A stretch of DNA of 64,000 nucleotides from Octopus bimaculoides (lineage: Eukaryota). The notes beneath the pieces are model-generated. The model saw nothing but the letters and a program-made list of their open reading frames with translations. It was not told the DNA's origin and did no database searches. Every line of letters begins with the position of its first letter. Position 1 is the first letter of the stretch. Made by a program: the position numbers and the translations under genes. Positions 63,905 to 64,000 of this stretch are shown here, piece by piece. Location of the stretch: contig NC_068986.1 in the NCBI RefSeq assembly GCF_001194135.2, positions 67,311,922-67,375,921 of the forward strand, written 5' to 3'.

Positions 63905-64000
63905 AATGATGATGATGATGATGATGACGATGATGGTGATGATGATGATGAGGAGGAGGAGGAGGAGGAGGAAGTGGAGGAGGAGGAGAGGGGAAGAGGA
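63810..64000. repeat. (GAT)n-(GGT)n-(GAG)n compound trinucleotide repeat running off the window
   Basis: Directly visible. Confidence 0.95.

Noticed and set aside
63810-64000. Poly-Asp/Glu coding tract
   Set aside because: Pure compound microsatellite like others in the window; no flanking coding context.

Overview
AT-rich (about one-third GC by eye), repeat-saturated eukaryotic non-coding DNA from a gapped short-read draft assembly. Most N-runs are flanked by (TA)n or (CA)n tracts. The SINE and transposon families match repeats I recall from octopus (coleoid cephalopod) genomes; this is recognition, not a database result. I found no intact protein-coding gene, rRNA, genuine tRNA or CRISPR array. 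Almost all ORFs in the supplied track are microsatellite or N-gap artefacts, or pieces of dead transposons. Supported content: three tRNA-derived SINE families; Tc1/mariner relics (mariner DD34D, maT DD37D-like, rosa/VS DD41D-like, pogo/Tigger, MITEs); two RLE-type (R4/Dong-like) LINE 3' fragments, each embedded in a different microsatellite; an RTE LINE with an inverted 5' part; a degenerate APE-type LINE; a Penelope-like RT fragment; and many compound microsatellites. Best second-look items: an 885-bp fold-back element built from two transposase 3' ends; several minimal hammerhead-ribozyme-like motifs; a 203-bp duplication carrying a possible pair of mutually exclusive 28-nt micro-exons; a 77-bp near-perfect inverted repeat; and an exact 138-bp local copy pasted inside an (ATT)n tract. 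None is a demonstrated new system.
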